A stretch of 64,000 bases of DNA from Candidatus Tepidifontimicrobium thermophilum (GCA_031459915.1 JAVKHO010000008.1:32001-96000), one strand, 5' to 3'. Shown: positions 20,541-30,296, counted from the stretch's first letter. A program made the numbers and translations. The notes: generated by a model not told the origin, from the letters alone.

Positions 20541-20993
20541 TTAATCGATATCGATCAATTCTTCGACCGCCAGGGCCATGAGCCGGGCGGTCTGGGGACA
20601 CGTCCCGGCGAGTTCCTGGGAGGCCTGAAGCCGCGGGTCCGCTTCCGCCCGCGGGACTTCCTGGAACTTGAACTGACGCGCGAAGTAGTCGGCCGCGGTC
20701 TCCGTGAGGAGGTAGACCCGGCGCACGCCCATCCGGGCGGCCTCCGCGAGGGCTTCCCGGCACAGCTGGTGTGCGATCCCCCGGTTCCGGCACGACGGGT
20801 CGGTGGCCACGGACCGCAGCAAGGCTACCTCCCCGTACACCTCCAGCCCCGCGGTCGCTATGACTCCCTCCGGTTCCTCCGCAAGCCAGAAGGTCTGCAG
20901 GTGGTCCCGCACGCCCGCGCTGGGTAACCCACAGCGGGCCAGCAGCGCCAGCACGGAGGGCTCGTCGTGCGGGGTGGCGCGCCGGACGTTCAC
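20541..20993 (-). CDS. arsN: ArsN2-like GNAT N-acetyltransferase
   Basis: GLEVYGEVALLRSVA, VYLLTETAADYF, C-terminal CPQTA; RBS AGGAGGT before GTG 20993. Confidence 0.8.
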   Translation of the reverse strand: MNVRRATPHDEPSVLALLARCGLPSAGVRDHLQTFWLAEEPEGVIATAGLEVYGEVALLRSVATDPSCRNRGIAHQLCREALAEAARMGVRRVYLLTETAADYFARQFKFQEVPRAEADPRLQASQELAGTCPQTARLMALAVEELIDID

Positions 20994-21046
20994 GTCCGCA
21001 CCTCCTGGAAGGGGTCCGCACATACCTCGGCCGCGGTCTGCGCCGG

Positions 21047-21400
21047 CTACAGGAGATCCAGCAGCTCCCCCGCCAAGCGCTTGAGCGCGTCCTTCCGGAT
21101 CCGGTAGTAGGCCCACGGCCCGCGCCGTTCCACCTCCACCAGCCCCGCCTCCCTGAGCACCTTCAGGTGGTGGGACACGGTGGGCTGGCTCAGGAGCAAG
21201 GCCCCCTGCAGCTGGCACACGCAGAGGGTCCCGCGCCGCGCCAGGAGCCGGAGCGCGAGCAGCCTGGCGGGCTCGCCCAGGGCTGCAAACCCGGCCGCTA
21301 GCGCAACCGAGCGCTGTCGGGCCTCTTCCGGCACCTCAGGGACCCCAGATCGCGTCTGGGACAGCTCGAGGGGAACTGCCGTCACCTGCACCGGATCCAT
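21047..21400 (-). CDS. arsR: ArsR/SmtB metalloregulator
   Basis: TLCVCQL box, SQPTVSHHLKVLREAGLV. Confidence 0.92.
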   Translation of the reverse strand: MDPVQVTAVPLELSQTRSGVPEVPEEARQRSVALAAGFAALGEPARLLALRLLARRGTLCVCQLQGALLLSQPTVSHHLKVLREAGLVEVERRGPWAYYRIRKDALKRLAGELLDLL

Positions 21401-21436
21401 GGCCCCAGGCTAGTCGCTGCATCGAAAAATGTCAAT
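21401..21436 (-). promoter_or_regulatory. Leaderless arsR promoter TTGACA-N17-TAGCCT with an overlapping ATTGA-N6-TCGAT operator
   Basis: -35 at 21430-21435, -10 at 21407-21412, 6 nt to the ATG; the same operator recurs at 20544-20559. Confidence 0.7.
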
Positions 21437-21437
21437 A

Positions 21438-22685
21438 CTACAGCGCCCGGGTAGCCCCCCGGCCCAGGACCACCAGCCCCGAGGGGTCCGTGTGGTACCG
21501 GCGCGCGTCCTCCTCCGGGTCGAAGCCGATCACGGTGCCCGGCTCCAGGGTGTTGAACCGATCCACGATGACCCGGCGCAGCCGCACCCCCGGCCGCAGG
21601 ACGCAGTAGTCCATCACCACCGACTCCTCCACCTCCACGTCCTCCTCCACGCGCACCTCGCGGCCCAGCACCGACCGCACGACCCGGCCGCCGTGGATCA
21701 CGCAACCTTCTCCTACCAGGGAATCCCGTACCTCCCCGAACACGATGCGGGCAGAGGGGCCCGCGTACGGTGCGCCCTTGATGGGCCACAGGTGGTTGGA
21801 GAGGTCGAACCGGGGTTCCGGCCCCAGCAGGTCCATGTGCGCGCGCCAGTACGCTTCGAGAGTCCCCACATCGCGCCAGTAGCCGGGCTCTTCGTACGGC
21901 TTGGTGCCAGGGATGCGGTTGGTGTGGAAGTCGTACGCGAACACGCGGTGGTGGGAAACCAGGGCCGGCAGGATGCTCCGACCGAAGTCGTGCTCCGTGT
22001 CCCTGGAGGCGTCCTCTGTCACCGCCTCCACCAGAAGGCGGGCGTCGAACAGATAGTTGCCCATGGAGGCCAGGGCGAACCCGGGCCGACCCGGCATGGG
22101 GCGGGGCTGGACGGGCTTCTCCTCGAAGCCTCGCACCCGCCCGTCGGCGTCGGTCTCCAGCACCCCCATGCGAGGGGCCTCCTGGAGGGGCACGGGCAGG
22201 GCGGCCACCGTCACCTCAGCGTCGCGCTCAAGGTGGAAGTCCACCATCTGCGAGACGTCCATCCGGTAGATGTGGTCGGCCCCAAACACGGCTACCAGGG
22301 CGGGCCCGAAGTCGCGGATGAGGTTCAGGTTCTGGTACACGGCGTCTGCGGTGCCCCGGTACCAGGAGTCGCCCCACCGCATCTGGGGCGGCACCACCAG
22401 GACGAAGTGGTCCTCGTGCAGCCCGCTGGCCCGCCAGGCGTGCCGGAGGTGGTCGATCAGGGACTGAGACTTGTACTGTACCAGGATGTACAGGGAGAAG
22501 ACGTTGGAGTTGATCAGGTTGCTGAGCACGAAGTCCACGATCCGGTACTTGCCCCCGAATGGGACCGCAGGCTTGCTGCGGTCTCGGGTCAGAGGGTGCA
22601 GCCGTTCACCGCGCCCGCCCGCCAGTACCAAGCCGAGGATACGTCGGCGGCCACCGGGAGAGGGCCGGTCGGAAATCCCGGTCAC
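21438..22685 (-). CDS. glgC: Glucose-1-phosphate adenylyltransferase
   Basis: LAGGRGERLHPLT, KPAVPFGGKYRIVDF, WYRGTADAV, ASMGNY, YWRDVGT. Confidence 0.95.
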   Translation of the reverse strand: MTGISDRPSPGGRRRILGLVLAGGRGERLHPLTRDRSKPAVPFGGKYRIVDFVLSNLINSNVFSLYILVQYKSQSLIDHLRHAWRASGLHEDHFVLVVPPQMRWGDSWYRGTADAVYQNLNLIRDFGPALVAVFGADHIYRMDVSQMVDFHLERDAEVTVAALPVPLQEAPRMGVLETDADGRVRGFEEKPVQPRPMPGRPGFALASMGNYLFDARLLVEAVTEDASRDTEHDFGRSILPALVSHHRVFAYDFHTNRIPGTKPYEEPGYWRDVGTLEAYWRAHMDLLGPEPRFDLSNHLWPIKGAPYAGPSARIVFGEVRDSLVGEGCVIHGGRVVRSVLGREVRVEEDVEVEESVVMDYCVLRPGVRLRRVIVDRFNTLEPGTVIGFDPEEDARRYHTDPSGLVVLGRGATRAL

Positions 22686-22704
22686 GGATCCCCCACGTCC
22701 CCCA

Positions 22705-23553
22705 TCATATCGGCCACGGGCTTGCCGACAGCGCCTGAACCGCAATCCCGGCGTCCCGGAACGCCTCCCGAAGCTGCCAGCGCAGCTGGCGCTCCGCCTC
22801 CGCCCGGTACGGGGGGAGGACCGGGATGGCCACGCGGAGGATGACACCCGCCGGCGACAGCTCCACCAGGGGGTCCACCTCCACGGGACCGGTGACCCAG
22901 TCCGGGTGCGCCGCAGCCCAGGTCCCCACCACCCGCTGCGCCACCGCTGCCGCGGCCTCCAGGTCCGCGTCCGCGGGCAGGGTCGCGAGCACCACCGCGC
23001 GCAGGTAGCCGCGGCTGAGGTTCGCGAAGCGGGTGATCTCGCCGTTGGGGATGGTCACCAGCTCCCCCGTGTACCGGCGGATCTGGGTGTTCCGCAGGGT
23101 GATCTGCTCTACCTGGCCCACTTCCCCCCCCACGGACACCACGTCGCCCACCTGCAGGCCGCCGTCCAGCAGCAGGAAGAACCCGGACAGGCTGTCCCGC
23201 ACCAGGGTCTGGGCGCCCAGCCCCACTGCCAGCCCCGCGATCCCGGCGCTGGCGAGGACCGCGGTGGCGTCCACGTGGACCTGCCGTAGGATCATCACCA
23301 GCGCCACGAAGTACACGGTGTAGCGCACCACGCTGTGGGCCAGGGACGCCAGGGTCCGGGCGCGGGCCAGCCGTGCCTCGTAGTCCCGGACTCCCGGCGA
23401 GGGTTGAAGCAGGCGGTCCAGCGCGCGCCGCGACAGGGACACCACGCCTGCCGCTGCGGCTACGATGACCGCTACGGCCACCAGGGTCCGCGCTGCGGCT
23501 GCAAGCTGGACCGGAGACGCCAGCTCGCGAAGGACTTCCCGCGCAAACTCCAC
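22705..23553 (-). CDS. Small-conductance mechanosensitive channel (MscS family)
   Basis: ASAGIAGLAVGLGAQTLVRD, VGDVVSVGGEVGQVEQITLRNTQIR, IPNGEI. Confidence 0.92.
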   Translation of the reverse strand: MEFAREVLRELASPVQLAAAARTLVAVAVIVAAAAGVVSLSRRALDRLLQPSPGVRDYEARLARARTLASLAHSVVRYTVYFVALVMILRQVHVDATAVLASAGIAGLAVGLGAQTLVRDSLSGFFLLLDGGLQVGDVVSVGGEVGQVEQITLRNTQIRRYTGELVTIPNGEITRFANLSRGYLRAVVLATLPADADLEAAAAVAQRVVGTWAAAHPDWVTGPVEVDPLVELSPAGVILRVAIPVLPPYRAEAERQLRWQLREAFRDAGIAVQALSASPWPI

Positions 23554-23554
23554 G

Positions 23555-25333
23555 TTAGATCTCCCCCTGGGCGCGGCGCACGGCGAGGTCGATGAACAGC
23601 GCCGCGGACCACCCGAAGGCCGGAGCCGCCTTGGTGCCCGGTTGGCCCGTCTCGGGGTGGTAGTACTCGCGTATGTCCGGGAAGGCCGCCACCATGTCCA
23701 GGGTGCGGTCGCACAGCTCACGGGCGCGGTCTGGGTAGCCGCAGCGCAGCAGCGCGTCGATCAGCAGGTAGTTGACGTTGACCCACACGGGGCCCCGCCA
23801 CATCCGGTCCGGGTCGTAGGTGGGGTCCGAGCGGGCCACGGTGGGTACCGGGTAGGGGGTCCAGAAGCTCTCCGGGTCCTCCAGGCGGTCCACCAAAGAA
23901 GCGCGGACGTCTTCCGGCATCCGGCCGGTGAGCAGGGGGAACAGGGAGACCGCGGCGAGGACGGGTACTCGCTCGTGGCCCTGCTCTGTCATCCGCTGGG
24001 CCCAGAAGACCCTGGCCTTCGGGTCGTAGAGGTGCTGCAAAAGTGATGCGGCCAGCTGGTCCGCCTGGGCCCGCCACAGCGCGGCCTCCTCTGGAAGGCT
24101 CAGGGCCGCCGCCATCTGGCCCAAGGACTCCGCCTGCAGGCACAGGTAACTGTTGAGGTCCGGTGACTCCACCGGCATCCCGCGATCCCACAGGGGGCTG
24201 TCGTCCAGGCCTGACGAGAAAGGGTGGTCGTACTGGCAGACGCCGTCGCCGTCCCGGTCGCACCGCTCCAGCCACCACCGCTGCCACCGGGTCAGGGGCT
24301 CGTACATCTCGTCCAGGAAGTCCGTGTCCCCCGTGGCTTCGTACACGCGCCACAGGCACCACCCCGCCACCGGCGGCTTGGTCACGGACGCGTCCACGGG
24401 GTACCCCATACGCTCCACCAGCCCCTCGTCAAACACGCAGTCCGGGACCATGCCGTCGGGCCGCTGGTGGTCGAACAGCACCCGGAACTGGTCGTGGGCC
24501 AGCTGGGCGTCCACGTGCCGGTAGGCCAGGGCGTGGAAGAAGGCGTCCCACTGCCACAGCCCCACGTAGTGGACCTTGGAGGGGACCATGGCTTCCCGGG
24601 TGACGTAGAACCGGCTGCTGATGAGCCCGGCCCGCATCAGGTACCAGGCGTACAGGTAGGCGGCGCGCAGGTTAGGCGGGCACGGGGGGACGCGGTCGAA
24701 CCACTGCCGCCACCGCCGCTCCGCGTCCTCGAACAGGCCCAGGGGCTGGATCCGGCGGTCGAACCCGAGCCGAGGGGTGATGTTGAGGGTGAAAAGCGGC
24801 TGTGGGTGGTCGTCCACCTCCACCGTCACCCGCCACTGACCGGCCTCCGTAGCCACCGCCTGGTTCCGCAGGATCCGGGCGTTGGTGGTGTACGCGACGT
24901 TGCGGACCCCTCTCGCCCGGCCGCCCCGGCGGTCCGGGGTGAAGTGGTCCGCGCGCACTACAAACCGGATACCCCAACGGCCGCGGGGCGGGCGCAGAGC
25001 CAGCAGCTCCGGCGTGGCGAAGCACAGCTCGAACCGTCCCGCGGGCGTGTGAAACACCAGCACGTGCGGGTAGGCGGCCAGGTCCCACGCCAGGGGCTGT
25101 CCGTCCCCGTCCAGCAGCTCCACCTCCTTCAGCAGGGGCGGCCGGACCCGATACGTCCCTTCCGCGTACTCCAGCTTCGGCCACCGCTCGCACACCCTCA
25201 CATACAGCCGGTGCCGGTGGGGCTCCCGGAACACCAGGATGCGGCTGCCCCGGTCAGTGAAGGGGACGGTGGTCGGGTCCAGGCGCGACCGGACGGTCTC
25301 CAGTGGGTCCAGGGGGCGATCAGCCATCGCCAC
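23555..25333 (-). CDS. GH63-like (alpha/alpha)6 glycoside hydrolase, mannosyl/glucosylglycerate hydrolase-like
   Basis: YVGLWQWDAFF, TKPP, SGLDDSPLWD, WRGPVWVNVNY, REYYHPETG, FGWSAAL. Confidence 0.82.
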   Translation of the reverse strand: MAMADRPLDPLETVRSRLDPTTVPFTDRGSRILVFREPHRHRLYVRVCERWPKLEYAEGTYRVRPPLLKEVELLDGDGQPLAWDLAAYPHVLVFHTPAGRFELCFATPELLALRPPRGRWGIRFVVRADHFTPDRRGGRARGVRNVAYTTNARILRNQAVATEAGQWRVTVEVDDHPQPLFTLNITPRLGFDRRIQPLGLFEDAERRWRQWFDRVPPCPPNLRAAYLYAWYLMRAGLISSRFYVTREAMVPSKVHYVGLWQWDAFFHALAYRHVDAQLAHDQFRVLFDHQRPDGMVPDCVFDEGLVERMGYPVDASVTKPPVAGWCLWRVYEATGDTDFLDEMYEPLTRWQRWWLERCDRDGDGVCQYDHPFSSGLDDSPLWDRGMPVESPDLNSYLCLQAESLGQMAAALSLPEEAALWRAQADQLAASLLQHLYDPKARVFWAQRMTEQGHERVPVLAAVSLFPLLTGRMPEDVRASLVDRLEDPESFWTPYPVPTVARSDPTYDPDRMWRGPVWVNVNYLLIDALLRCGYPDRARELCDRTLDMVAAFPDIREYYHPETGQPGTKAAPAFGWSAALFIDLAVRRAQGEI

Positions 25334-27140
25334 GTGATCCCGCAGCCAGGGCCTGGCGACGGGCCCGGTACTCGGGGACGGTGACCATGGGCGGTCGCTC
25401 CGCCTCCACCACCTCCCGCTCCTCCAAAGACAGCCGCCCTTCCTCGTAGCGCACCAGCTTCAGCGTCCGGGCCGCGGCGTCCAACAGGGGTGTGCCCAGC
25501 CGGTCCTCCAGCCGCCGCGCGATCACCTGCACGATCTGGAACGCCATCAGGGACAGGCTCTGCAGCGACTGGTTCCGGTGGACCCGCTGCTCCAGGTCCA
25601 CCTGCCCGATGGCCTCCAGCCCGAACCGGTTCAGCAGGTCGATCAGCATCCCCGTCTCCACTCCGTAGCCGGTGAAGAAGGGGATCTGCTCCAGCGCGTC
25701 CCTCCGCCCCGCGTACTCGCCCGCCAGGGGCTGGATGAGGCCCGACAGCTGCGGGAAGAAAAGGTTCAGCAGGGGACGCGCTACCAACTCCGTCACCCGG
25801 CCCCCGCCGGTCTCGTACAGCCGGTCGCCGATCTGGACGGGACGGCGGTAGTACCCCTTCACGAACAGGATGCGGTCCTCCCGCAGGAGCGGCCCCACCA
25901 GGCCATAGACGAACTTCGGGTGCATGTTGCGGATGTCCGTGTCCACCCAAACCACCACGTCGCCCCGAAGCACGTACAGGCTCTTCCACAAGGCCTCCCC
26001 CTTGCCCCGGTACGAGCCGAGGTGGGGGAGGACCTCCCGGTGGCGGTAGACGGGGATCCCCTCCTCCTCTGCGATCTCCCGCGTCCGGTCGGTGGAGTCG
26101 CTGTCGATGAGCACAATCTCGTCCAGCAGCGGGACGTCGCGCATCAGGCGGTCCCGCAGCACCCGGATGATGGCCCCCACGGTTTCCTCCTCGTTGAGGG
26201 CCGGCAGTCCCAGGCTGATGGTCCAGGCGCGCCGGCGCTTGAGCTCCACCAGCCGGTCCAGGTCCTGGAACTCCCGGGCGTGGAAGGTGTTCTCCGCGAA
26301 CCACTTCTCGACTTCTGGCCTGGACCAGCGGGCCGGCGCGGTGGCGTGCTCTGCCAGCCACGTCTGCACAGACTGCCCGCTGCGCACCACCACCAGGGGC
26401 TCCACCGCCCGGAGGACAGGCTGGACCGCAGGGCGGCTGGGATCCGCGGTGGCGCCTACGACCACCGCGGTGTACGCGGGCGCCTCGCGGGCGATCACGT
26501 GGGCGGCGCTGCCGGCCGCGATGCGCTTGCGCACCGATCGCTCGGCCCGCTGCATCACCACCAGGTAAGGGCGCTCCTCCCGCCAGCGGTCCCGCTCGGA
26601 GATGTCCTCCCGGAACACGTGCAGGGCGGTGACCTCCCCGCCCGAGGCCTCCGCCAGTGCCTGAGCCACGCGCAGCGCCAGTTCCGCGTTGGGCCCGCCG
26701 CGCACGCCCACCAGCAGTCGGCACAGTGCCTCCGCAGGCAGGACGGGCGCGAGGACCGTGTCGCAGGGCGCACTGCGCAGCAGCTCGTCCGCGGAGTGCC
26801 CGAACAGGGGTTCGTCCAGACCCTTGGGCCGGAGGAGCACTAGGAGTTCCGCACCCTCCTCCTTGCATGCGGCAGTGATTTCCCTCCACGGCTCGTAGCC
26901 GGCCCGCACCAGGGTCCGCACGGGGGGGTCTGCCCCCAGCTCCCGCACCGCGGCTTCCAGCAGCTCCCGGCAGCGTTGCGCCGCGGTGGCCGCGCTGCTG
27001 AGCGGTTCCCGCTGCGGCACTGCCACGGGCTGGCACAGGACGGGCTCTACACTCCAGGCGCGGCTGAGGGGCAAAAGTAGGGTCAGGGCGGCCCGGGCGT
27101 CCTCTGGGCGCGCTAGGGCGGCCAGCACGCAGCGACCCAT
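25320..27140 (-). CDS. gpgS: Glucosyl/mannosyl-3-phosphoglycerate synthase (GT81-like) with N-terminal USP domains
   Basis: LPALNEEETVG, GKGEALWKSL, DTD, GGGRVTELVARPLL, QPLAGEYA, GYGVE; N-terminus with USP motifs (FGHSADELLRSAPCDTV; GGPNAELAL). Confidence 0.88.
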   Translation of the reverse strand: MGRCVLAALARPEDARAALTLLLPLSRAWSVEPVLCQPVAVPQREPLSSAATAAQRCRELLEAAVRELGADPPVRTLVRAGYEPWREITAACKEEGAELLVLLRPKGLDEPLFGHSADELLRSAPCDTVLAPVLPAEALCRLLVGVRGGPNAELALRVAQALAEASGGEVTALHVFREDISERDRWREERPYLVVMQRAERSVRKRIAAGSAAHVIAREAPAYTAVVVGATADPSRPAVQPVLRAVEPLVVVRSGQSVQTWLAEHATAPARWSRPEVEKWFAENTFHAREFQDLDRLVELKRRRAWTISLGLPALNEEETVGAIIRVLRDRLMRDVPLLDEIVLIDSDSTDRTREIAEEEGIPVYRHREVLPHLGSYRGKGEALWKSLYVLRGDVVVWVDTDIRNMHPKFVYGLVGPLLREDRILFVKGYYRRPVQIGDRLYETGGGRVTELVARPLLNLFFPQLSGLIQPLAGEYAGRRDALEQIPFFTGYGVETGMLIDLLNRFGLEAIGQVDLEQRVHRNQSLQSLSLMAFQIVQVIARRLEDRLGTPLLDAAARTLKLVRYEEGRLSLEEREVVEAERPPMVTVPEYRARRQALAAGSRGDG

Positions 27141-27194
27141 GGCAAGGGCAGTTTACCGCCTGACGGGGGGCTGCCGCACCGCCTCAGGAGAGGG

Positions 27195-28283
27195 GTGCCA
27201 GGGCTGGATCCCGAAGAGATGACCATCGTGAGCTACGTGTTGGACGACGCGGGACGCCGTTCCGCCCTGGACCCCCAGGACATGGTGGGGTTGGTCGTGC
27301 GCACCCCCGAGTTCCTGCGGGAGGGGTGGGAGCTGGGGTTGCACCTCGGGTCCCCCCCACCATCTCCCCGACACCTGCTGGTCCTGGGCATGGGCGGATC
27401 CGGGATCGGCGGAGACCTCCTACGCGGCCTCCTGTACGACCGGGTCGGCTTCCCCGTCACGGTGGTGAAGGACTACAGCCTGCCCGCGTGGGTGGGCCCC
27501 CAGGACGTGGTGTTCGCCTGCTCGTACTCCGGGAACACGGAGGAGACCCTGAGCGCGTACGGGGCAGCGGGCAGGGCGGGCGCGCGGCGCGTGGCGGTGA
27601 CCTCGGGCGGCCAGCTGGCAGACCGGGCCCAGGCGGAGGGAATCCCGTGGGTGCGGATTCCTCCGGGCCTACCTCCCCGGGCGGCTCTGGGCTACCTGCT
27701 GGGCCCGATGCTGGGAGCCCTGCACCGCTGGGGGTGGACGGAGGGGCTGGAGGAGGAGGTGGGCGAGGCGGTGGCAGTCTTGCGGGAGCTGTCCGCTCGG
27801 TGGGGCCCGGAAGTACCCACCGTGGACAACCCCGCCAAGCAGCTGGCGAGGGCCCTGGTGGGCCGCCTCCCCGTGGTCTACGCCACCTCCCGCCTGTCGG
27901 AGGCGGCCGCGCTGCGTTGGAAGACGCAGCTCAACGAGAACAGTAAGGTGTACGCCACGTGGAACGTCTTCCCGGAGCTGAACCACAACGAGACGGTGGG
28001 CTGGGCGCTGGCCGGACAGCCGGAGGGGCTGCTGGAGGTAGTGATCCTTCGGGACCCAGAGGATCCGCCGAGGCTCGTGCGCCGCCTGGAGGTCACCCGG
28101 GAGGTGGCGCTGGGCGCGGCGGGCTTCCACGAGGTGTGGGCCCACGGCCACGGGCGCCTCAGCCGGGTGCTGTCCCTCGTCTTGTTCGGGGATCTCGTGA
28201 GCGTGTATCTTGCTTATCTGAACGAGGTGGATCCGACCCCCGTGGCGGCCATCGACGAGCTCAAGCGGCGCCTGGAATCCTAG
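27195..28283 (+). CDS. Bifunctional phosphoglucose/phosphomannose isomerase
   Basis: GMGGSGIGGD, SYSGNTEET, TSGG, RWKTQLNENSK, PELNHNE. Confidence 0.93.
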   Translation: MPGLDPEEMTIVSYVLDDAGRRSALDPQDMVGLVVRTPEFLREGWELGLHLGSPPPSPRHLLVLGMGGSGIGGDLLRGLLYDRVGFPVTVVKDYSLPAWVGPQDVVFACSYSGNTEETLSAYGAAGRAGARRVAVTSGGQLADRAQAEGIPWVRIPPGLPPRAALGYLLGPMLGALHRWGWTEGLEEEVGEAVAVLRELSARWGPEVPTVDNPAKQLARALVGRLPVVYATSRLSEAAALRWKTQLNENSKVYATWNVFPELNHNETVGWALAGQPEGLLEVVILRDPEDPPRLVRRLEVTREVALGAAGFHEVWAHGHGRLSRVLSLVLFGDLVSVYLAYLNEVDPTPVAAIDELKRRLES

Positions 28284-28315
28284 TCGGGGACAGACCGAAG
28301 GAGGCGAAATCCGGC

Positions 28316-29422
28316 ATGGCCCGGGTGTTCCTGGAGAACGTAACGAAGCGGTTCGGGAACGTGGTGGCGGTGAACCGGGTGACGTTGGAGATCCCGGACC
28401 GGCAGTTCACGGTTCTGGTGGGGCCCTCCGGGTGCGGGAAGACCACCTGCCTGCGCCTGATCGCGGGGCTGGAGGAGGCCACGGAGGGGAACATCTACAT
28501 CGGAGACCGGTTGGTGAACGACGTCCCGCCCAAGGACCGGGACATCGCCATGGTGTTCCAGAACTACGCCCTGTACCCGCACATGACCGTGTACGACAAC
28601 ATGGCCTTCGGGCTGCGGTTGCGGAAGTACCCGAAGGCGGAGATCGACCGGCGGGTCCGGGAGGCGGCCGCCATGCTGGGCATCGAGAACCTGCTGGACC
28701 GGAAGCCGCGGCAGCTGTCGGGCGGGCAGCGGCAGCGGGTGGCGGTGGGCCGGGCCATCGTGCGGGAGCCGCAGGTGTTCCTCATGGACGAGCCCCTCAG
28801 CAACCTGGATGCGGCCCTGCGGGTCCAGACCCGCGCGGAGCTCAAGAAGCTGCACGCGAGGCTGCAGACCACCACCGTGTACGTGACCCACGACCAGGTG
28901 GAGGCCATGACCATGGGGGACCGCATCGTGGTGATGCGGGACGGGGTGGTGCAGCAGGTGGACAGCCCCATGAACCTGTACGAGAAGCCCGCCAACCTGT
29001 TCGTGGCGGGCTTCATCGGCAGCCCCTCCATGAACTTCGTGCCGGGCGAGGTCCGTCAGCGGAACGGGACCCTGGTGTTCGACGCGGGGGCCTGGCAGGT
29101 CCCCATCCCCCCCGACCTGCACGAGTACGTGCGGCCGTGGGAGGGACAGCGGGTGATCTTCGGGATCCGGCCAGAGCACATGGAGGACGTGGCCCTGCGC
29201 GACGGACAGCTGCCCCCCTCCTTCGTCACCCTGCGCGCGAAGGTGGAGGTCCACGAGCCCCTGGGTTCCGACGTGATCCTGTACCTGGACGCGGGCGGGC
29301 ACTCCCTGGTAGCCCGGGTGGACGCCCACAGCCAGGCGAAGATGGGGGACGAGGTCACGGTGGCCATGGACCTGCGGAAGATGCACCTCTTCAACGCGCA
29401 GACCCACGAGGCCATCGTGTAG
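28316..29422 (+). CDS. Carbohydrate ABC transporter ATP-binding protein (MalK/MsmX/UgpC type)
   Basis: GPSGCGKTT, VFQNYALYPHM, LSGGQRQRV, C-terminal TOBE domain; no cognate permease genes adjacent. Confidence 0.95.
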   Translation: MARVFLENVTKRFGNVVAVNRVTLEIPDRQFTVLVGPSGCGKTTCLRLIAGLEEATEGNIYIGDRLVNDVPPKDRDIAMVFQNYALYPHMTVYDNMAFGLRLRKYPKAEIDRRVREAAAMLGIENLLDRKPRQLSGGQRQRVAVGRAIVREPQVFLMDEPLSNLDAALRVQTRAELKKLHARLQTTTVYVTHDQVEAMTMGDRIVVMRDGVVQQVDSPMNLYEKPANLFVAGFIGSPSMNFVPGEVRQRNGTLVFDAGAWQVPIPPDLHEYVRPWEGQRVIFGIRPEHMEDVALRDGQLPPSFVTLRAKVEVHEPLGSDVILYLDAGGHSLVARVDAHSQAKMGDEVTVAMDLRKMHLFNAQTHEAIV

Positions 29423-29426
29423 CCGG

Positions 29427-30296
29427 CTACCCGGACGGCCCCTTGTCCTCCACGGCCTTCTGAGCCAGGTCGCCCAGGGGTGCCAGCAGCCGCGTGAACT
29501 CCATGGGGAACACGAACTTGGTGGCGGGGCTCTCGCCCAGGGCCTTCAGAGCCTCCAGGTACTGCAGCGTCATGGTCTTGCTGTCCACGTTGCGGGCCAC
29601 GCTGAAGATCTTGTCCAGGGCCAGGGCGAACCCCTCCGCCCGCAGGATGGCCGCCTGGCGGTCTCCCTCCGCCTTCAGGATGGCTGCCTGCTTTTCGCCC
29701 TCCGCCACCTTGATGGCCGCCTCGCGTTTGCCGTCTGCCTCGGTCACCACCGCCCGGCGGTTGCGCTCCGCGGACATCTGACGGGTCATGGCCTCCTGGA
29801 CCTCCCGCGGCGGGAGGATCTCCCGGATCTCCACCGCGGTCACCTTTACACCCCACCGCTCGGTCACCTCGTCCAGCTTGGCCCGCAGCACGTGGTTGAT
29901 CTGCTCCCGCCGGGCCAGGACGTCGTCCAGGACGATGTCCCCGATCACAGCGCGGAGCGTGGTGGTGGCGATGCCCCGGGCCGCGCCCGCGAAGTCCGCC
30001 ACCTGGATCACGGAGGCCTCGGGCTCCACCACCTTCCAGTAGATCAGAAAGTCGATGTTGATGGGCGCATTGTCCTTGGTGATGCACGTCTGGGAGGGGA
30101 TCTCCAGGAAAGCCTCCCGCAGGTCCACCCACACGGCGCGGTCCACGAAGGGGATGAGGAAGACGATGCCGGGACCCCGCTGGCCCACGGACCGCCCGAA
30201 CCGGAACACCACCAGCCGCTGGTACTCCCGCACGATCTTCACCGCGGAGTACAGCAGCCACAGGCCGAGGACGGCGGCCGCTACCAGGTACGTCAT
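29427..30296 (-). CDS. SPFH/band 7 (stomatin-like) protein
   Basis: REYQRLVVFRFG, GPGIVFLIPFVD, ITKDNA, WGVKVTAVEI. Confidence 0.93.
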   Translation of the reverse strand: MTYLVAAAVLGLWLLYSAVKIVREYQRLVVFRFGRSVGQRGPGIVFLIPFVDRAVWVDLREAFLEIPSQTCITKDNAPINIDFLIYWKVVEPEASVIQVADFAGAARGIATTTLRAVIGDIVLDDVLARREQINHVLRAKLDEVTERWGVKVTAVEIREILPPREVQEAMTRQMSAERNRRAVVTEADGKREAAIKVAEGEKQAAILKAEGDRQAAILRAEGFALALDKIFSVARNVDSKTMTLQYLEALKALGESPATKFVFPMEFTRLLAPLGDLAQKAVEDKGPSG

